64,000 bases of DNA from Marsupella aquatica (lineage: Eukaryota; Plantae; Marchantiophyta), in NCBI GenBank assembly GCA_973895155.1, contig OZ316895.1:8978184-9042183 (forward strand). The letters are read 5' to 3'. Both the position numbers and the translations under genes were made by a program. How positions within the stretch are numbered: position 1 is the first letter of the stretch; each line of letters starts with the position of its first letter. This document shows positions 23,203 to 37,953 of this stretch, piece after piece. Under the pieces are notes generated by a model. The model saw nothing but the letters and a program-made list of their open reading frames with translations, was not told the DNA's origin and did no database searches.

Positions 23203-23710
23203 ATCAAAACACAGAACCAAAAATTTATACAAAAGGGGAAAAACAAATTATAACCAACTGAAAATCAAAGAGGTCCAAAAATAAATCAAAACACACAACC
23301 AGAATTTATACAAAAGGGTAAAAACAAATTATAATGAACGGATAATCAAAGAGGTCCAAAAATAGATCAAAACGCACAACCAGAATTTATACAAAAGGGG
23401 ACAAACAAATTATAACGAACTGAAAATCAAAGAGGTCCAAAAATTGTTCAAAACACACAACCAAACTTTATACAAAAGGGGAAAAACAAATTTCTAACGA
23501 ACTGAAAATCAAGGAGGTTGAAAAATAGATCAAAACACAGAACCAAAAATTTATACAAAAGGGGAAAAACAAATCATAAAAACGGAAAATCAAAGAGGTC
23601 GAAAAATATATCAAAACACAGAACAAAATTTTTATACAAAATATATTATATACACAAAAGGGGATAAACAATTGATAACGAACGGAAAATCAAAGAGGTC
23701 CAAAAATAAA
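23203..23710. repeat. ~81-bp A-rich tandem array (about 6 copies)
   Basis: aaaatcaaagaggtccaaaa..tttatacaaaagggg recurs, with aggtcc at 23271, 23352 and 23433 and further copies to ~23700. Confidence 0.9.
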
Positions 23711-26008
23711 ATGCAACCCTGAAAACCGATAAAATGTCTCGATTGGAAATCTTTAAAACATGAGAATTCTCTCTTTGTTCAGTCGATGAATCTGAGGTTC
23801 CATTCAAAATCATCGTCCGAGGTTTCAAAGTGGGAAAACGTTGGTGTTACCTGATGACGAGGAACCGATAGTAATATACTTACGGTGCTGTTTCAATCGG
23901 TTGGCATTGGAGTCTTCGCCCGCAAGGAGCTCGTGATTGCAAATCTACAGTCCATTGCAAAAGGATGGTACAAAGCGTACAAGACAGTATAGAGTAGATT
24001 GCTCTGCGTTTGACTGTTGTTGATTCGGAACGCGTTACCGGCGAATATTTCGGTTCCTCTCCCTCAGATCTCACGCCCTCTCAGTGCTGACAGCCGTTTG
24101 CTTTGTGGGCTGGAAACATCATTCACTACTCTGCTTCCCGCTGTAGGCATAAATCGCTTTCCTTCATTCTCTTGCTTGCTTGCTACATGAACGTGTGCAT
24201 GCCATCTCTCTACTGCTTGCTTGCGGGGAGGCATCGGTTGCTGGAGCCTCGCTACGGGCCTGGATTTGGATAGGACCTAGGGAAGATTGAAGAATGATTA
24301 GCTTGTCTTTCACGAGCTTTCCGGGAGATCAATGATGCGTTCCTGCTGTTAGAACAACCTTTTATTACCCTTCGGTGCTACAGTACTTGTGTGCTGTCTT
24401 CGGACTGGTCTCTGCTTCTGCTCCACTCTGTTGGAGCTCGCCGCGTCTCTCCTCAGCGTCGAGAAGCGGGCGGATAGGAGGAGGAGGAGGAGAGGTCGAA
24501 GAAAGCCGAGCAGGTGAAGTGGGCGGACGAGTAGACGGATCCACTGTGGTCGATCGATCGAATGTGCTGGTGGAGTTGGACGAGATGAGAATGGCTGTTG
24601 TCTCTGGAGCATGGATTTCGTTGCTAGCAGTGGGTGGTGATGCAAGGAGGGCCTTGGGTTTCAGTGCTTCATTTACTGCTGCGGTAATGTCTTTTCTGCC
24701 CTGTACCATTCCCCACTCACTGAATCCTGTGAGGCATCACGGTTACTCAATTTTCATCCCTTTGCTTCGGCTTGGTGCATTCTGCTGTTCCTATGACAAA
24801 GGGAGGAAAGAGCTTGCGCTGCTGAGCCAATTGAAATCTTCGGATGTCTTACTGGCACTCTGTCAAGGAGTTCGCATTGTAGTGTGTCCATCTTTACAGA
24901 ATAGACAGAGTATTGTTACCCGTGGGGGCCGTGACAATTTCTACTATCTCCCACTCCTGTAGCTCTGGCTTGCAGCTGCGGCTAGCTGTTCCTGCCCCAG
25001 TTTGGCATCATCCTGTGATCCACTCTCCGTTTTCGTACACTTGAGCTTACACACAACCGCTGCTTCTGACTGGTGGGGGCATTGGAATTTGAGTAGTGGC
25101 AGTGCTTCTTTGAATCTATCCTTTGGTCAAACAGACGCCTGAGGGATCTGGTGATGAGGCACGAGGCAGTCCGTGGGGCTTTCTAATCCGTGTGATCTCA
25201 ATACGTGCACTTGATCAGAGACATCCAAGCGTGATGAGCTCCTCTGGGTGGTACGGGTTTAGACTGTGTTTTAAATGCTGTATCTCACGACTGACCGCTG
25301 GAGCTGGCAATGTCGTTGATCGATCCCGAAGCGCTCTCAGGACGCCAGCGAGTCGGATGTACTAGTACCCACTTAGGACTTGGTAGGCCGATTGTGTGTC
25401 TTAGGGATCCTCCTTTCCATGACATGATGCTTGTATCTTTTGCTTTGTTTCCCACGAAATGAAAGTTTCAATTCTCACTGTCTTAGGATATTAACAAAAA
25501 TAATAGACAGCTAGAAAACTCTACAAATGTACGATAGAAGGCTTTCATTTGGGACCCGAATTCCTGGTGGTCTCGGTATATTGTTTTGCATATTTGCCAC
25601 CCCATATTCTTGCGGCTATGACCGTTTTGTATACTCCTCAGATCCTGATCCCCTCTCAACCATCTTCTATTTAATTCGCAACCAATTGCGGTGTACCTGT
25701 AATTTTTCGATTGCGGTCAAGAGTCCTCGAGAATACCTGCTAGTTCTTTGACTGGCGCTTTCTTTACTCTACGTTGGTGAACAAAAATGTCGATTATATT
25801 CGGGGTTTTGCATTGTCTGTTCACGTGACAAGACTCGGATCAAATTTCTGTTACGTAGTACTTCGTATATTCGTATGATGGGGATTGGCGGAGCATTGAC
25901 AGTTGTGCTGACTTATATTTCTCTCCGTGTGATATAGAGATTATAGTCACGTGAGCATAAAATCGAGCTTTCGTTGAGCAGACTTGAAGCCTCGCTATTG
26001 GATTCAAA

Positions 26009-29000
26009 ATGAGGTTGAATAGCAAAATGAGGGGCCCCGAGAAGCGAACCCCTACAATGTCGGTGTTGGTCAGTACTGCTGCTTTCGTCGCGGTTTTCCT
26101 CGTTGCCTTGTGGGTTTTGAGTGGGCCTACTGGGGGTTCTGGATACTCTTCGAATATGGCCAAGACAATCAGTGGTAGTGAGGACACCGTTGAGGCGAAA
26201 AACACTAATCTTCCCAAGTCACAAGAGAGGGTTGATGTATCGTTAGATTCCGAGTCTACTGATAAAATACTAGCAGACGAAACTCTACCAAAATCTGAGA
26301 ACTATGAAGAAGTTCTGCCAAAATCCGACAATTCTAAAGAGGAAACCGTGGCAGAATTTGAGAAATCTATAGAGGAAATGGAAGGAGCAGATTTGGAGAT
26401 TCCCGTAGAGGATGACAAGCTTGATGAACTTCCCGATGAAGTGAAAGAAACAGGAACAGACTCACAGAATCCTGCTACAAGAGATACAGCAGAGCTGTCA
26501 ATAGAAAACGAGGAAGCCTCTACCTCTACCTTACTTACACAGGGTAAGGAGTCAAAGGAAGAAAAGATCCAGGAAGTCATTCAGGACACAGGAACAGTCG
26601 ACGAGAAGGACATTGTCGATGAGCTGGAAGCGAAGCCAATTCAAGAACCAGAGACAGCGGAGGAGAAGGCGGCAACTTTGGGCGGCCTTGAGAGAGTATC
26701 GGTGACAGATGAGGGAAAGTACCAGTGGAAACTTTGTGCGTTTGATGGTGCGCAGGATTACATTCCTTGCCTAGACAACAAGAAAGCGATCAGGGCACTG
26801 ACATCCAATAAACACTTTGAACATCGAGAACGCCATTGTCCAGTAGGAAATACGATGCCTACATGTTTGGTCCCACATCCTGAAGGGTACCAAATTCGAC
26901 TTGATTGGCCTCAGAGCAGGGACCAGGTAAATATATCGACTTGGATTCAGGATGCTATTTGCGTCTTCGTGTGAGACGTTGTTTAGCTCAAGTGCTAGAG
27001 GAATTTGGAATCTTTGCGGGATGTGCCATGGGTATAACCGACTTTGTCTGGTTGAATTTTTTAAGAGTTTGAGGCGTGCTGTTGCAGGTCTGGCATGCAA
27101 ATGTTCCACACGATAAACTTGTGTCATACAAACGAGATCAAAACTGGGTTAAGAAGCAGGGTGACTATTTGGTGTTTCCCGGCGGTGGAACACAGTTCAA
27201 GCAAGGAGCACTTCAGTACATAAATACCATTCAGAAGGTAATTTTCGTTCTCAGTGAGAAAACCTTCTTATTATCTCTGCAAACTGGTAAAGTCCATCCC
27301 CAATGTTCCTTGATAGCCTGAGTTTCGGGCATGTCATCAATCTCTCAGCTGGCCTTTCAGTTTAGGAATTCTAATTCTGAAGGATATATGTATTCTTGCT
27401 TTCAGTTCAATTTGTGTCCTTAGTTCGTCCTCAGCACTTCCAGTCGCTCGTCTAGAAGGGTCCAGCGTCATTTAAAATCCAATTTTGGTAGTTTTATTCG
27501 GACATGAAAGATCCGAGTTTAGAATGTGTACAATAGTATGCAATTCTAATCTTGAGCTTTCTGTGCAGACCTGGGCGAATATCACATGGGGAAAGCATGT
27601 GCGAACAGTTTTGGATGTCGGTTGTGGAGTGGCTAGTTTTGGAGGTTACATGTTTGAGAAAGATGCGCTCGTCATGTCCTTTGCCCCTAAAGATGAACAT
27701 GAAGCTCAAGTTCAGATGGCTTTAGAGCGAGGCATTCCAGCTATACTGTCGGTGATGGGGACGAAGAGACTCACCTTCCCCAGCAATGTGTTTGATGTCA
27801 TCCACTGTGCTCGCTGTCGCGTCCCTTGGCACGGAGATGGTAAGTAGTAGCAGTCCTTTCTGATTTTCGCAAACATTGGAAGGTTCGACTTTTGATGTCT
27901 GTAGTCATGACCAGACAGTGTCGTAGCGTTTTCTTCCAAGGATCGAGGTAAAGAGACAAAATTTATAGGGACTCTAGTACGTTGCAATAGATTCTGTCCT
28001 CAAACTTATGGTATGTATGGCATCATTCCCAGCAGTTCGGGATATAGTAAAACTAGACGAGTTTTAGCTCAAGCTAGAAGGCTAAGACTGCTGACTCTTA
28101 GGCTCCCATTTGCTTTGAACCAGTTCCCCCAACTTAATCTCTTCATCAGGACCTGCTGCCCTAAGCGAGTAACATATTTTGCACTTAAGGCCAGTTGCCT
28201 ACCCATAGCTTGCCACGTGTTTGCCACGTGTTTGCCACCAAATGTAGTAGTTGTGAGTCACGAGCGATTCTTCCTATAGCCAGTTGGTGAAGGAATTGTC
28301 AATACATCTTGTTTGTGTTTGCTTCTTTAGGGGAAAGTCGAGGGACGGGGCGGGGATCATTAAGTAGTCCATCTTCATCCTTCCTATTCTTGATTCCTGT
28401 CTCATCAGCTTTCTTGCAGTCATGGAATGAGCAGGCTCCATTTACTTTCAGAAAGACGTGTTCGTCCGATTTTTATTTAACTTAGAACCCTTCAGAGCCT
28501 CGCATTCATTTCCCATGGTTTTTATTATGCTTTGCGGCGCCATGGAAGATTTCTCTGGTCACTCTATTTGTCTATAACGATCAGTTGCATTGAAAATTTC
28601 TAATTTGAGTAATATGAATGGTGTCAATGTGTCCAACGTTCCAGGCGGGAAGCTATTATTGGAGCTCAATCGGCTTTTAAGGCCTGGAGGATACTTTGTG
28701 TGGTCTGCAACTCCTGTCTATCGTCTACACGATCCTGAGGAAATAGAACTTTGGGATAGTAAGAAATTGTCTGATTTCTTGTTGTCTTTGTTACTGCTGT
28801 ACAGTCGTGGCGTGTTCTATCTGGAACGTGAGATTGCTCTTTGTCGTAGTTGTTACGCTGTAGCTGTCGAGGTATTGCTGTACGGGCTAGTAGGGTTCTT
28901 TCTTTTGAAAGTACATATATGTTGGCAGTTGTCGTCTCTAATTTTGCCCTCTGTTATTAGATCCGGGTTACTGACAACCCAATCGAAATTTCAATTCCTA

Positions 29001-30653
29001 CAATTATCAGCTTCAGAGCGTCTCCTAATTTCCTGGAAGTTTTTTTCTTTGGACCCTTGTAGCAACGACGAAGGTTACAGATGCTATGTGCTGGAACATT
29101 CTAGTTCGAACCAAAGCGGCAGCAGATACCGGGATTGGCATGGCAATTTTTCAAAAACCTACAGATAACACTTGCTACGATAAGAGGAAGGTCGACGAAC
29201 CACCTATGTGCGCAGTTGATGACAAGGCCGATGCTGCTTGGTAATTTTCTTACCTGGGCTTCGTAGGAATGTTGCCTCTGGTACATCATGTAAACTACCT
29301 TCCTACTCCATCTCTAGCTTTTTCTCCTGTAGGTATGCAATTCGTAGAAACTCACTGAAGTTGGTGTTTTCGTGGGTTGGCAACGTTTCACCTATACTGC
29401 TGTTTCAAAATCTTCGCATGCGAGCTTGATGCCTTCAACTTATTTGTGCAGTAAAGGCATGCCGAGTTGATTCAAATCTACTAACCGTCAGTCTTGATCC
29501 GAACAGGTACGTTGACATGAACAGCTGCATACATAGAATTCCTACTGGGGATGGAGTTCGGGCAACTTCTTGGCCAGCGGACTGGCCTGCCCAACTGGAG
29601 ACAACTCCAAAATGGCTCAGCAGTGTTCCAAAGGGTATTTATGGGAAACTTGCTTCTGAGGAATTCGTCGCTGACACTGCACACTGGCAGAATGTCGTCA
29701 CAAAATCATATTTCAAAGCTCTTGGTATCGCTTGGGAGCACATACGGAACGTACTTGACATGAAGGCTGGCTACGGAGGGTATGTGACACCAATAATTAC
29801 CAGTCGGTGCTAATCACAAAGTCTGTTGATTTTAAAGGGCACTCGCTACGTTTTTGTACGCCTAAAAAGTTTCTGATCCATGGTTGGTCACTCTTTTTGT
29901 GCCAGATTTGCTGCTGCTCTCATTACCCAGCCATTATGGGTAATGAATGTAGTTCCAACTGATGAGCCAGATACATTGCCAATAATTTATGATCGGGGAC
30001 TTTTTGGACTGTATCATGATTGGTGTGAATCTTTCAGCACCTATCCAAGAACATACGACCTTCTGCATGCCGACCGAGTTTTTGCTTCGGTGAAGAAGAG
30101 GTGACGTTTCATGTCACAATCCCTTTACTTTTCTGTCCCAATCATGGTTTTCAGCTGTGTCAGTTCTTATCTTTTGCAGCTTCCATTTCGCTAGGCTATA
30201 AACTTGACAATCTTGTGATTCTTTTGTTAAGGCTTCCCCCGGTGCCGAGTATATGGACTTCATGTTTGACAATTCATGAGTGGCACAGCTATGATCTTGT
30301 TAACAGCGTCGAAGGGTCCATATCAAGGGAGATTTCTGCTTGGTTGAAGTGGAGTTTCTCCTACATAGACTCAAAAAGAAATTAAAGCAGAATGTGTTCG
30401 GTGATTGGAATGACAGTTAAGAGACTAAAATCCAATTGGATTCTTTTACAGGTGCTCTATCTTGACAACTTTAATCGAGATGGACAGGATTTTGAGGCCT
30501 GATGGGTGGGCCATATTCCGAGATGAAGAGGGTACTGTAGGTGAAATCGAAGAGATTGTAAAATCACTGCATTGGACCGTGAAACACTCATACGTGGAAG
30601 GAACCCAGCGGCTTCTTGCAGCTCAAAAGGGAATGTGGCGACCGAAAGCTTAG
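26009..30653 (+). CDS. DUF248 / Methyltransf_29 probable (pectin) methyltransferase, PMT24/26/28-like type II membrane protein, 8 coding exons
   Basis: Exons 26009-26926, 27088-27237, 27569-27839, 28645-28758, 29063-29240, 29507-29779, 29906-30100, 30452-30653, all GT-AG and in phase. N-terminal TM, acidic stem, [83 protein letters not shown]. Confidence 0.96.
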
Positions 30654-32959
30654 TGTAGTTTAGCTGCAATTTGTGATTCTTGGCTTGAAAATCCTTGACG
30701 GGACTTTGCCATTACATCAAATTCTGCTGGATACTTCTCTGTTGACAGAGATCTCTGCAAATCATGTCACTGTTTTGGTTGCTGGCTCTGCGAACTGAGT
30801 CTCCTGAGTTGGGTCTCCTGCGAAAGGTTCTGGCATCAGATTCGTAGTTCGTCTCTGTGGACAGCAATGGAGCAACGGCATTAGTTTCTGGACACCTTTC
30901 CCTGGCATTTCTTTTGAACTAGAGTAGGAGCTCCTCATTGTATTTCTCAAATGTGGAATTAGTAACTTCAACTACATCTCAACTGAATTTATAGATTGTA
31001 CTGAGAACACTGTCCGTTAAACCTTGCGAGATGCGGGAGGGTCAGTTCAGTACAGTCGACAACAAAAGATTAAAGACAGCAAATATCAGGCCAAGGTTAA
31101 TTGAAGTGCTCTCCAATTCTTGGAGTTCATTCTGAAAGGGAGCTAGTATATATGTTTGGCACCACGGGATGCAGGTGGGTAGAGACTTGTATTTGTTGGG
31201 CCTTTGTAATGAAAGTAAAAATCTGTGTATCTTATGAGTATCCCAGCCAGTGCCCACCCAGATTGGGAGGGAGTAGGATGGATGCACGCTATTGGGTAGT
31301 TGGTAATGACTTTCCTTCGAGACTCACATTGTTTAGCTCCTTGGTCACTTGTTTGATGTAGTGTTCAGTTTCAGTTGTCTTTTTCTTTCCCTTGGCAAGT
31401 TCTTTTATCTGGTTGAACTTCTGCCCCTTCCTCTGTTGGCGCTAACAACTCATTTGTTATGTCATTTTCTGTGGTCCTCTAGAAATGGCTCAGTGGCCCT
31501 ACAAGGTTATTATAGGGACTTGAGAGTGTCAAGCCGATGGGCCTTGTTGACCTGGGACAGGGCCAGAAGAGCATTGTGAAGAGTGCCGTTAGTGTACATT
31601 GTTCGGGTCATCAGTATACCCGCATGTGTGGTGCACTTGGTCCATCCTAGAGACCGTGCGCGAGAAGCAGGGGATGCCAAATACGTAGAGTTCATCACGA
31701 TTGAATGTTCGTTGGGGAAACGCGCAATGCCCATTGGTAGAGCCTATCTAGATCAGGTGTCGAATCTGTCCAAGCCAAAGCTTTACTAGTCAGAATTGTT
31801 GAAATGCATACAGGAACAGAGAGCATAGTTGTAAGGTCAGAAAGTTTGTCGTGTGTCAAAAATTTAAGGTAGATAGTGGAATTTGCAACGCTAGAATAGC
31901 CGCAGGCTAGAAATCTAAGGCCAATGATGCAGTGCAGGCCATGAAGCTTTCAGAGTGGAAGTGTCTCAAGCCCACCACCCTTCTCTACCAGCGAGCGGGC
32001 CCGGCTTGAGCTGAACGGTTTTGCTTTTGGGGTCCAGGGTATTTTAATGACAGGAATGAGCTGCAGGATGGTGACTAAAGAATTCTGTATTTCTAAGGAG
32101 AGCGCAGGGAAACTCTGCCCGAGGCAACGGCCCCGTAGCCTTCAGAAGGATTCGTTGTAGACTGTAAAGAGCAGACGCAAGAATAAGATAGATAGATGGT
32201 GCAAAACGAGGAGTGCTGCATTGCATTCTGTTGAGAGAAGACACAAGAATAGGATAGACAGATCGTGCAAAACGAAGAAAAAGCTTAAAGACAAATGAAA
32301 CCGTGTTCAATATATGAAAAGTATGATCCAAAAGTGAGAATGAAGAGTCAAAAGAACCTGAGGTGGGGGCCAGACCGAAGGCAAGACAAACGGCCACCGC
32401 CAGAGGATGGTTTACAACTTAAAAAAAAAGGAACTCTTTTGCGGATGGAAACTGTAGGAGTCAACTCTGGAAAAAGTAGAGCACAAAAGTGACCGAGCCT
32501 TACAATGGGCCCTTCAAAGCCAGACGATGTTTTATAATTAAAGAAATAAAAATCTGTTGTACATGAAAACTGTACGAGTCAACTGTACAAAAAGTACAGC
32601 ACGAAAGTGAGATGCTCACATTGGCCCCTTGAAATCATGTCAATCAAACTTGGAACAGCACTCTGGAACAAAGTCTGCTGATGACAGTCATTTCCTTCAA
32701 ATGTTTGCATGCCTAACTAACCCTTGGAATAAACATGTGAAATAATGTAGGTGAATGAGTGTACAAAAGGGAAAATGAAATAACGAGCTTGCATTATAAG
32801 TAAACCCCTGCAAAGTGCATGGAACCAGCATACAAGGTCCTTAAGATGCAAAAGCCCAATTAAGGGAGGCGGACCATGAACCTCAGGTTTATGATGAACT
32901 AAGACTAACAATGGCCCAAAAGCAATGAAGCCCAGTAGCCACCAAAACCATCTGGCTTA

Positions 32960-33070
32960 GAGCATCTCCAGCGGTTCAGAGGTCATTTAGAGGCCAATGA
33001 CCTCTAAACTCAAAATGTAGCCCATCATTTGGAGTCCCAAAAATTAGAAAAACCCTCATTTAAAAATTTG
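32960..33070. mobile_element. PIF/Harbinger (Tourist)-type MITE left end
   Basis: TTA followed by GAGCATCTCCA, a typical Tourist TIR; no nearby right end found. Confidence 0.4.
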
Positions 33071-36000
33071 GTCACCAGAGGTTCCACTCTTTCTTTGACC
33101 TGTATCATCTTCAGAGTGATATGTTATCATACTTAGGTTGAAATTCTTAACTAAATTCAAGATCTTGTGACATGTGGTGGAATCTCTGATGTAAATGGGA
33201 ATAAGGGTCACAATAGAGGCCTCTCTCCTGGCTGCCATTTCTACCAAATATGGAGGTCAGCCTTCTGAAAGTGGAGGTTGACTGCCATTTATTTACAAAT
33301 AACCATTTGTTTATGAAACCATCACTCCAAAATCATTGGGAAACCATCACTCCAAAATCAGCTACATGTTCTTATTAGGGGTTACAGGCTCACCCTACTG
33401 CTCGAGATACTCTCGGGATTAACCATAAATGAGGATCACAAAGGGGAAGCTGATGCCCAAAGCGTAGTCCATGTACCTTCCTCAGAAAAGTGAACTCCCA
33501 AGCTCCTGAAGCGCAGTAGACACACACCACCCAGAGGATGCAGCAAGGACACAAACTGGAGGGTAAGGCCATCGCTCAACACAAACTACCCCACAGCAAT
33601 GTAAGAACCGGTCAGATGTAGAGCTGCAAAAGCCCCGGGGCAAATGGCTAAAATAAATACTCCTTGAGCTGAGCTGCTGTTGCGTGATCCAATACATTTG
33701 CTCGCCCCTGTAGGATCTGCCACAAGCGATGATAACCTGAATTACATAAATCCTTAGTTCATTTATTTTAGGTCCACATCGACCCAACCAGTTGGGCATG
33801 TGGGATTACAGTATATAGCGTGCTACGCTGTGGTCATTTTTTTAGTAAAGTGTTTCATATTCAGCAAAATCAAAATGGAACAATATCTGATTATAATGAT
33901 TGAGACACAGATACACATTTAGAAAAATCACATCTCGTATGCCCACAGTATTAAGCGAGTCAGCTGGGCATGCTCGGCATGTGGTGCTCGGCATGTGGAG
34001 AGCTCAAACATCGATTAATAAGAATTCCCAACATCAAGGATTGCATGTGAAGACATCTTCAAAGGCTCTACAGTGGCCAGCATTCTCTCGCACTTAGCTC
34101 ACTCAGACTTATCCAATCATGGAAAACATTTCCAATTGCAAGAAAAATCTGTGCGACAGATAGTCTGATGATTCTCGCAAATACTACAGACCAGGGCAAC
34201 GGGGTGACAGCCAGAATGATCATGTTGTATCCTGTTGCAAGAAAGCCAGGAAGCCGACAAGGCGATTTCGAAAGGACTACAGACCGGGCAACAGTCTCTA
34301 GTATCCTGTTGCAAGAAAGCTAAGCAAGGAAGCTGACCCGGATTGAGGTGGGGACTTGGCTTGTATTCGTGCTGACGAGAGATTGGACGAAGTACCCACC
34401 TTCAGCTGATCGAACGAATGAATTTTTTCACAGGAAATGATCCCAAACGCGCCATGCGAGGGGGGGCCACGCAGCCTTGGAAGTGTGTGCACAAGTTGCA
34501 TGCCTGGGCAGCGCTAAAATCGGCTTGGACTTCATTCGTTTGATTAACCCTTGATCAAGGAATTTAGAATTTACAAGTAAGTTGTTTGCATAGTAAGAGA
34601 CATCTAGCTAGATTGGAAGAACAGTCGATCACAGCTTTTCTTTCGCTTCAATTTCCAGTAAGCGGCAGGTGCAACGTATCATGATATGCATAAACCCTTC
34701 GTTCCTTCCTTGGCCACATTTTGCTCGAAGGGTCGAAGAGTTTTAAGCGTGCATCAGATCGGCTTTAGTTAACGTTTGCAAGGGTCAACTTCATTGATGG
34801 CCTGTCCCCAATGTATATCATACATGATTTGGGAGAGCCACCGACTCCGACCATTCCTATGTACGTTCCATGATCAGTAGTAGTTATAACCAATTTCTTA
34901 GGTATTTTGGCGAGCTCATCTCTTTGGACCACAAAGGGAGAATCCATTAAATCAGTCTGTGGCTCTTCTCCAATCGTATGGAAAGCAATATTATGGTCTA
35001 GGCTCCCAAGACGACAAGCAAAAACCTGCCGTTGCTGTTCTTTTCAATCCCATTGGTTGAAAGAGGGAGGTTGTAACGAAAGACAGTGAAAGCATCATAT
35101 ATACCAGAAAGCCATCCTGTCTGAGCAATCAAGCTCCTGTCGCTCATTTGCTCACTCCTTGGCGGCTACGAGCTTTTCCGAATTTAGCGCCGCTACACTT
35201 CTCGGTCAATAAAGGAGGAAATCTCTAAACCTGACCAGAACTACCACGCAAGTCCCGGATCTAACAACGGACAACTTTTTCGAGCTCATAATTATCTATT
35301 GCAGTGTATAACAAACACTGTCCGGCAACTTCTTCCTTACGTTGTCTCACTGCTCGTCCAGTGAAACTCTTCCATGTGTTCCGTGAAGAAAAACTTAAAA
35401 TCCTTGCGTTATATACACGTGGAAGATGGGAAGTTCATCGAGACCTAAAGGGGACGTTGTCAAAAGGGAAACATGATACACGAACACTCAATCCAAAAGG
35501 GAGAGATCCTCATCTGCGTACTAACGACATGGAAGCCAAGCTCGAAGCCAAGCTCGAAGCCAAGCTTATCCGTACTTCCAGGTAGTAAAGCCCAAACAGT
35601 GATTGCCAATTCTCGGGCTTTTCATTTTCATTGCTACTAGAATTGTCGGTTTTGCAACCAGTCTCGCAGATGTTTATTCGAGATTCTTGCGGCTTAAAAC
35701 TTTTAAAGCATAATTACCAAAAAATCGCCAGCGGTATGGCGACATTACTGTTGCGACATGATCGTATTAGTAGAGTGTTCTCACCAGATCCGAAAGCTTG
35801 CAAAACGGCCGAATATTCATACGAAAAACGGAGTCAAGAGCACCCTTAAAGTGACGATAGACGTCACGCCTATGTGCAGTATTACTGCAATCATGACACT
35901 GTTTGGGTTCTTATTTTTGGCAATGTGAGTTATCCTCAGCGCCGATGAAAGATGTGAGAATTGATTGTAGGACTGAATGTAAGCGGAGTGGTCACCGAAT

Positions 36001-37191
36001 CTGAAAACCACTTTATGATTGACAGTCGAATTGAGTGGGATAGACTAGTGGCGCTAAATTCGATGGGTCCCGTTGAGATGATAGACACGCAGCTAGCAAA
36101 GCTTGATTAGCTAGACTCTACAATGGGCCTTTTCTCCACGCGATCGTGGATTATTCTCAGTGTAAATCAGAGATGCGCCATTAAACTACAGTTCTAAGCT
36201 CTTCCCGTATTAGCTGATCGAGTCTGTAGTCACCAATGTTGAAAATTTGTCTAATCAAAAGTTAACGGGTTTTCGTGACACAAACGGAGTCGATCAAGGC
36301 TACATTCAAAGTGACTGTGGACATGCACGCCAGCCGCGTTACTTCCCGAGTTTTGGGGGCTTTCTTCTCTTCATCGTGGGTTTATCCTCAGCGTAGATGA
36401 TCGAGGATGCAACAGTTATACTGTTAGGACTTCATATGTGCAGCCCGAAAGAAGACTTGCATAACAGTCTACATATGGCATAGGACTCCGTTTATCCCGC
36501 TAAAATAACAGTTTAACAGACTAAAATAAAACAGTCCTCCTTGAGATGACGGTAGCCATCATTCAGCAGGAACTATTACTTCACGGGATTCTTTCGGCTT
36601 TAGAACTTCTCTTGGGATTATGCCAAACGTAGGTCAAGGATGCCATAATGTACAGTAGCTGTTTGAGACAATTTCTCATCAGGCGAGTGTCACCGAGTTC
36701 GAAAGCTCTGTGACAACTTGCATAACAGTCAAAACATTAGAAGGGTAAGCTTAATCGAGGCCACCATTAGGTGACGATGGGCATGCAGGCAGCATTCCTG
36801 CATGAGCTCCACGCTGCAGGGGCGAACAGAACAGAAGAGTACAGAAGAGAAGAAAGTTCTAAGAGAAGAACGAAGAAAAGAGAAGAGTTAGCGTAACGTA
36901 TTTACAATCCCGACCCAAGATGCTAATCTATCAATACTCTGCTTTGCAAGCAAGACACCTTGTGCACGAAGGTAAGACGTCAGCTGCTGATATCCATCAT
37001 TGCAACGGAGCCTCGAACAGAGAACAAGGCAGTTGGAGTGTTCTAGCCGTTAGCGAGATGGTTCAATGAAAGAGCTAAACAGAATCGTCATCGATCATCC
37101 ACTTGTTCACGCAAAAATTCTATTCACATAGCGGATACCCGACAACGCTAAAACAAACGCACTCGAGTTTCGGTGGCCCACTGCACTAGAG

Positions 37192-37226
37192 ACACACGCA
37201 CACACACGCACACACACGCATACACT
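37192..37226. repeat. CA-rich microsatellite (cacacacg variants)
   Basis: acacacgcacacacacgcacacacacgcatacac. Confidence 0.8.
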
Positions 37227-37898
37227 CTCGTAGGAATGTCTGTTGTTAGGGACTCCAGGTTTGCTTTCTACAGCTCGCTGTTCTTCAGTTGAGATCTGTG
37301 ACTATCCTCTAACTTGACACTCTCACACTTAGCTGCTGACATAGATGTCCTTACCCGCGTTAACGATGGGAAATCAATTACGTGTCTGTGAACCGAAGAT
37401 ACGTTTGAACAATGACACTTTATGTCGTTGTTTTTAGATGGCTGTTTTTAGATGGCGTCCCCGTAATTGCACATCAAAATGTGACATAGTACACTACACT
37501 CTATTATTGTTACATTTGTATTGTCACATTTTGATTGACAACTATAGGGACGCTTTTAGATGTCATGTCTCTAGCTTAAATATGTCAGCTGCTCGGTTCC
37601 TCTCTAAAGTACAGTTGAGATCTGTGACCATCGAATGGAAGTCTTCTGACAGTCTCCCAGATCCCTGGAAACGCTCAGTTGACATGATACATTGAGATCC
37701 TTACAAGATTTCCTGCAAGAAGGGAAATCAATGCAACTGTCGGCGACAAGGAACCTATGTCCAGGTCTCTTATATCAAGGGAACATGACTATCTCGAGAG
37801 TTTAGGGAGTCTATGTCAAGGTTCTCACTCTATATGTTCATGGGAGGGAAACCGTGGGTAAACGCTGAGCAAGACAGATAGATTTTGTTTTAGAGGGT

Positions 37899-37953
37899 GA
37901 TGATGTAAACAACCCTATGGCTGATTACATCTAATAGGGTTGTTTACATCATC
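37899..37953. repeat. Perfect 20-bp inverted repeat with 15-nt loop (hairpin)
   Basis: gatgatgtaaacaaccctat (37899-37918) pairs with atagggttgtttacatcatc (37934-37953). Confidence 0.9.

Noticed and set aside
24349-24962. 195-aa plus-strand and 114-aa minus-strand ORFs
   Set aside because: Low-complexity and GC-rich with no recognisable motifs; more likely the 5' leader region of the methyltransferase gene.
28590-29168. 192-aa ORF as a separate gene
   Set aside because: It is methyltransferase exon 4 reading into an intron.
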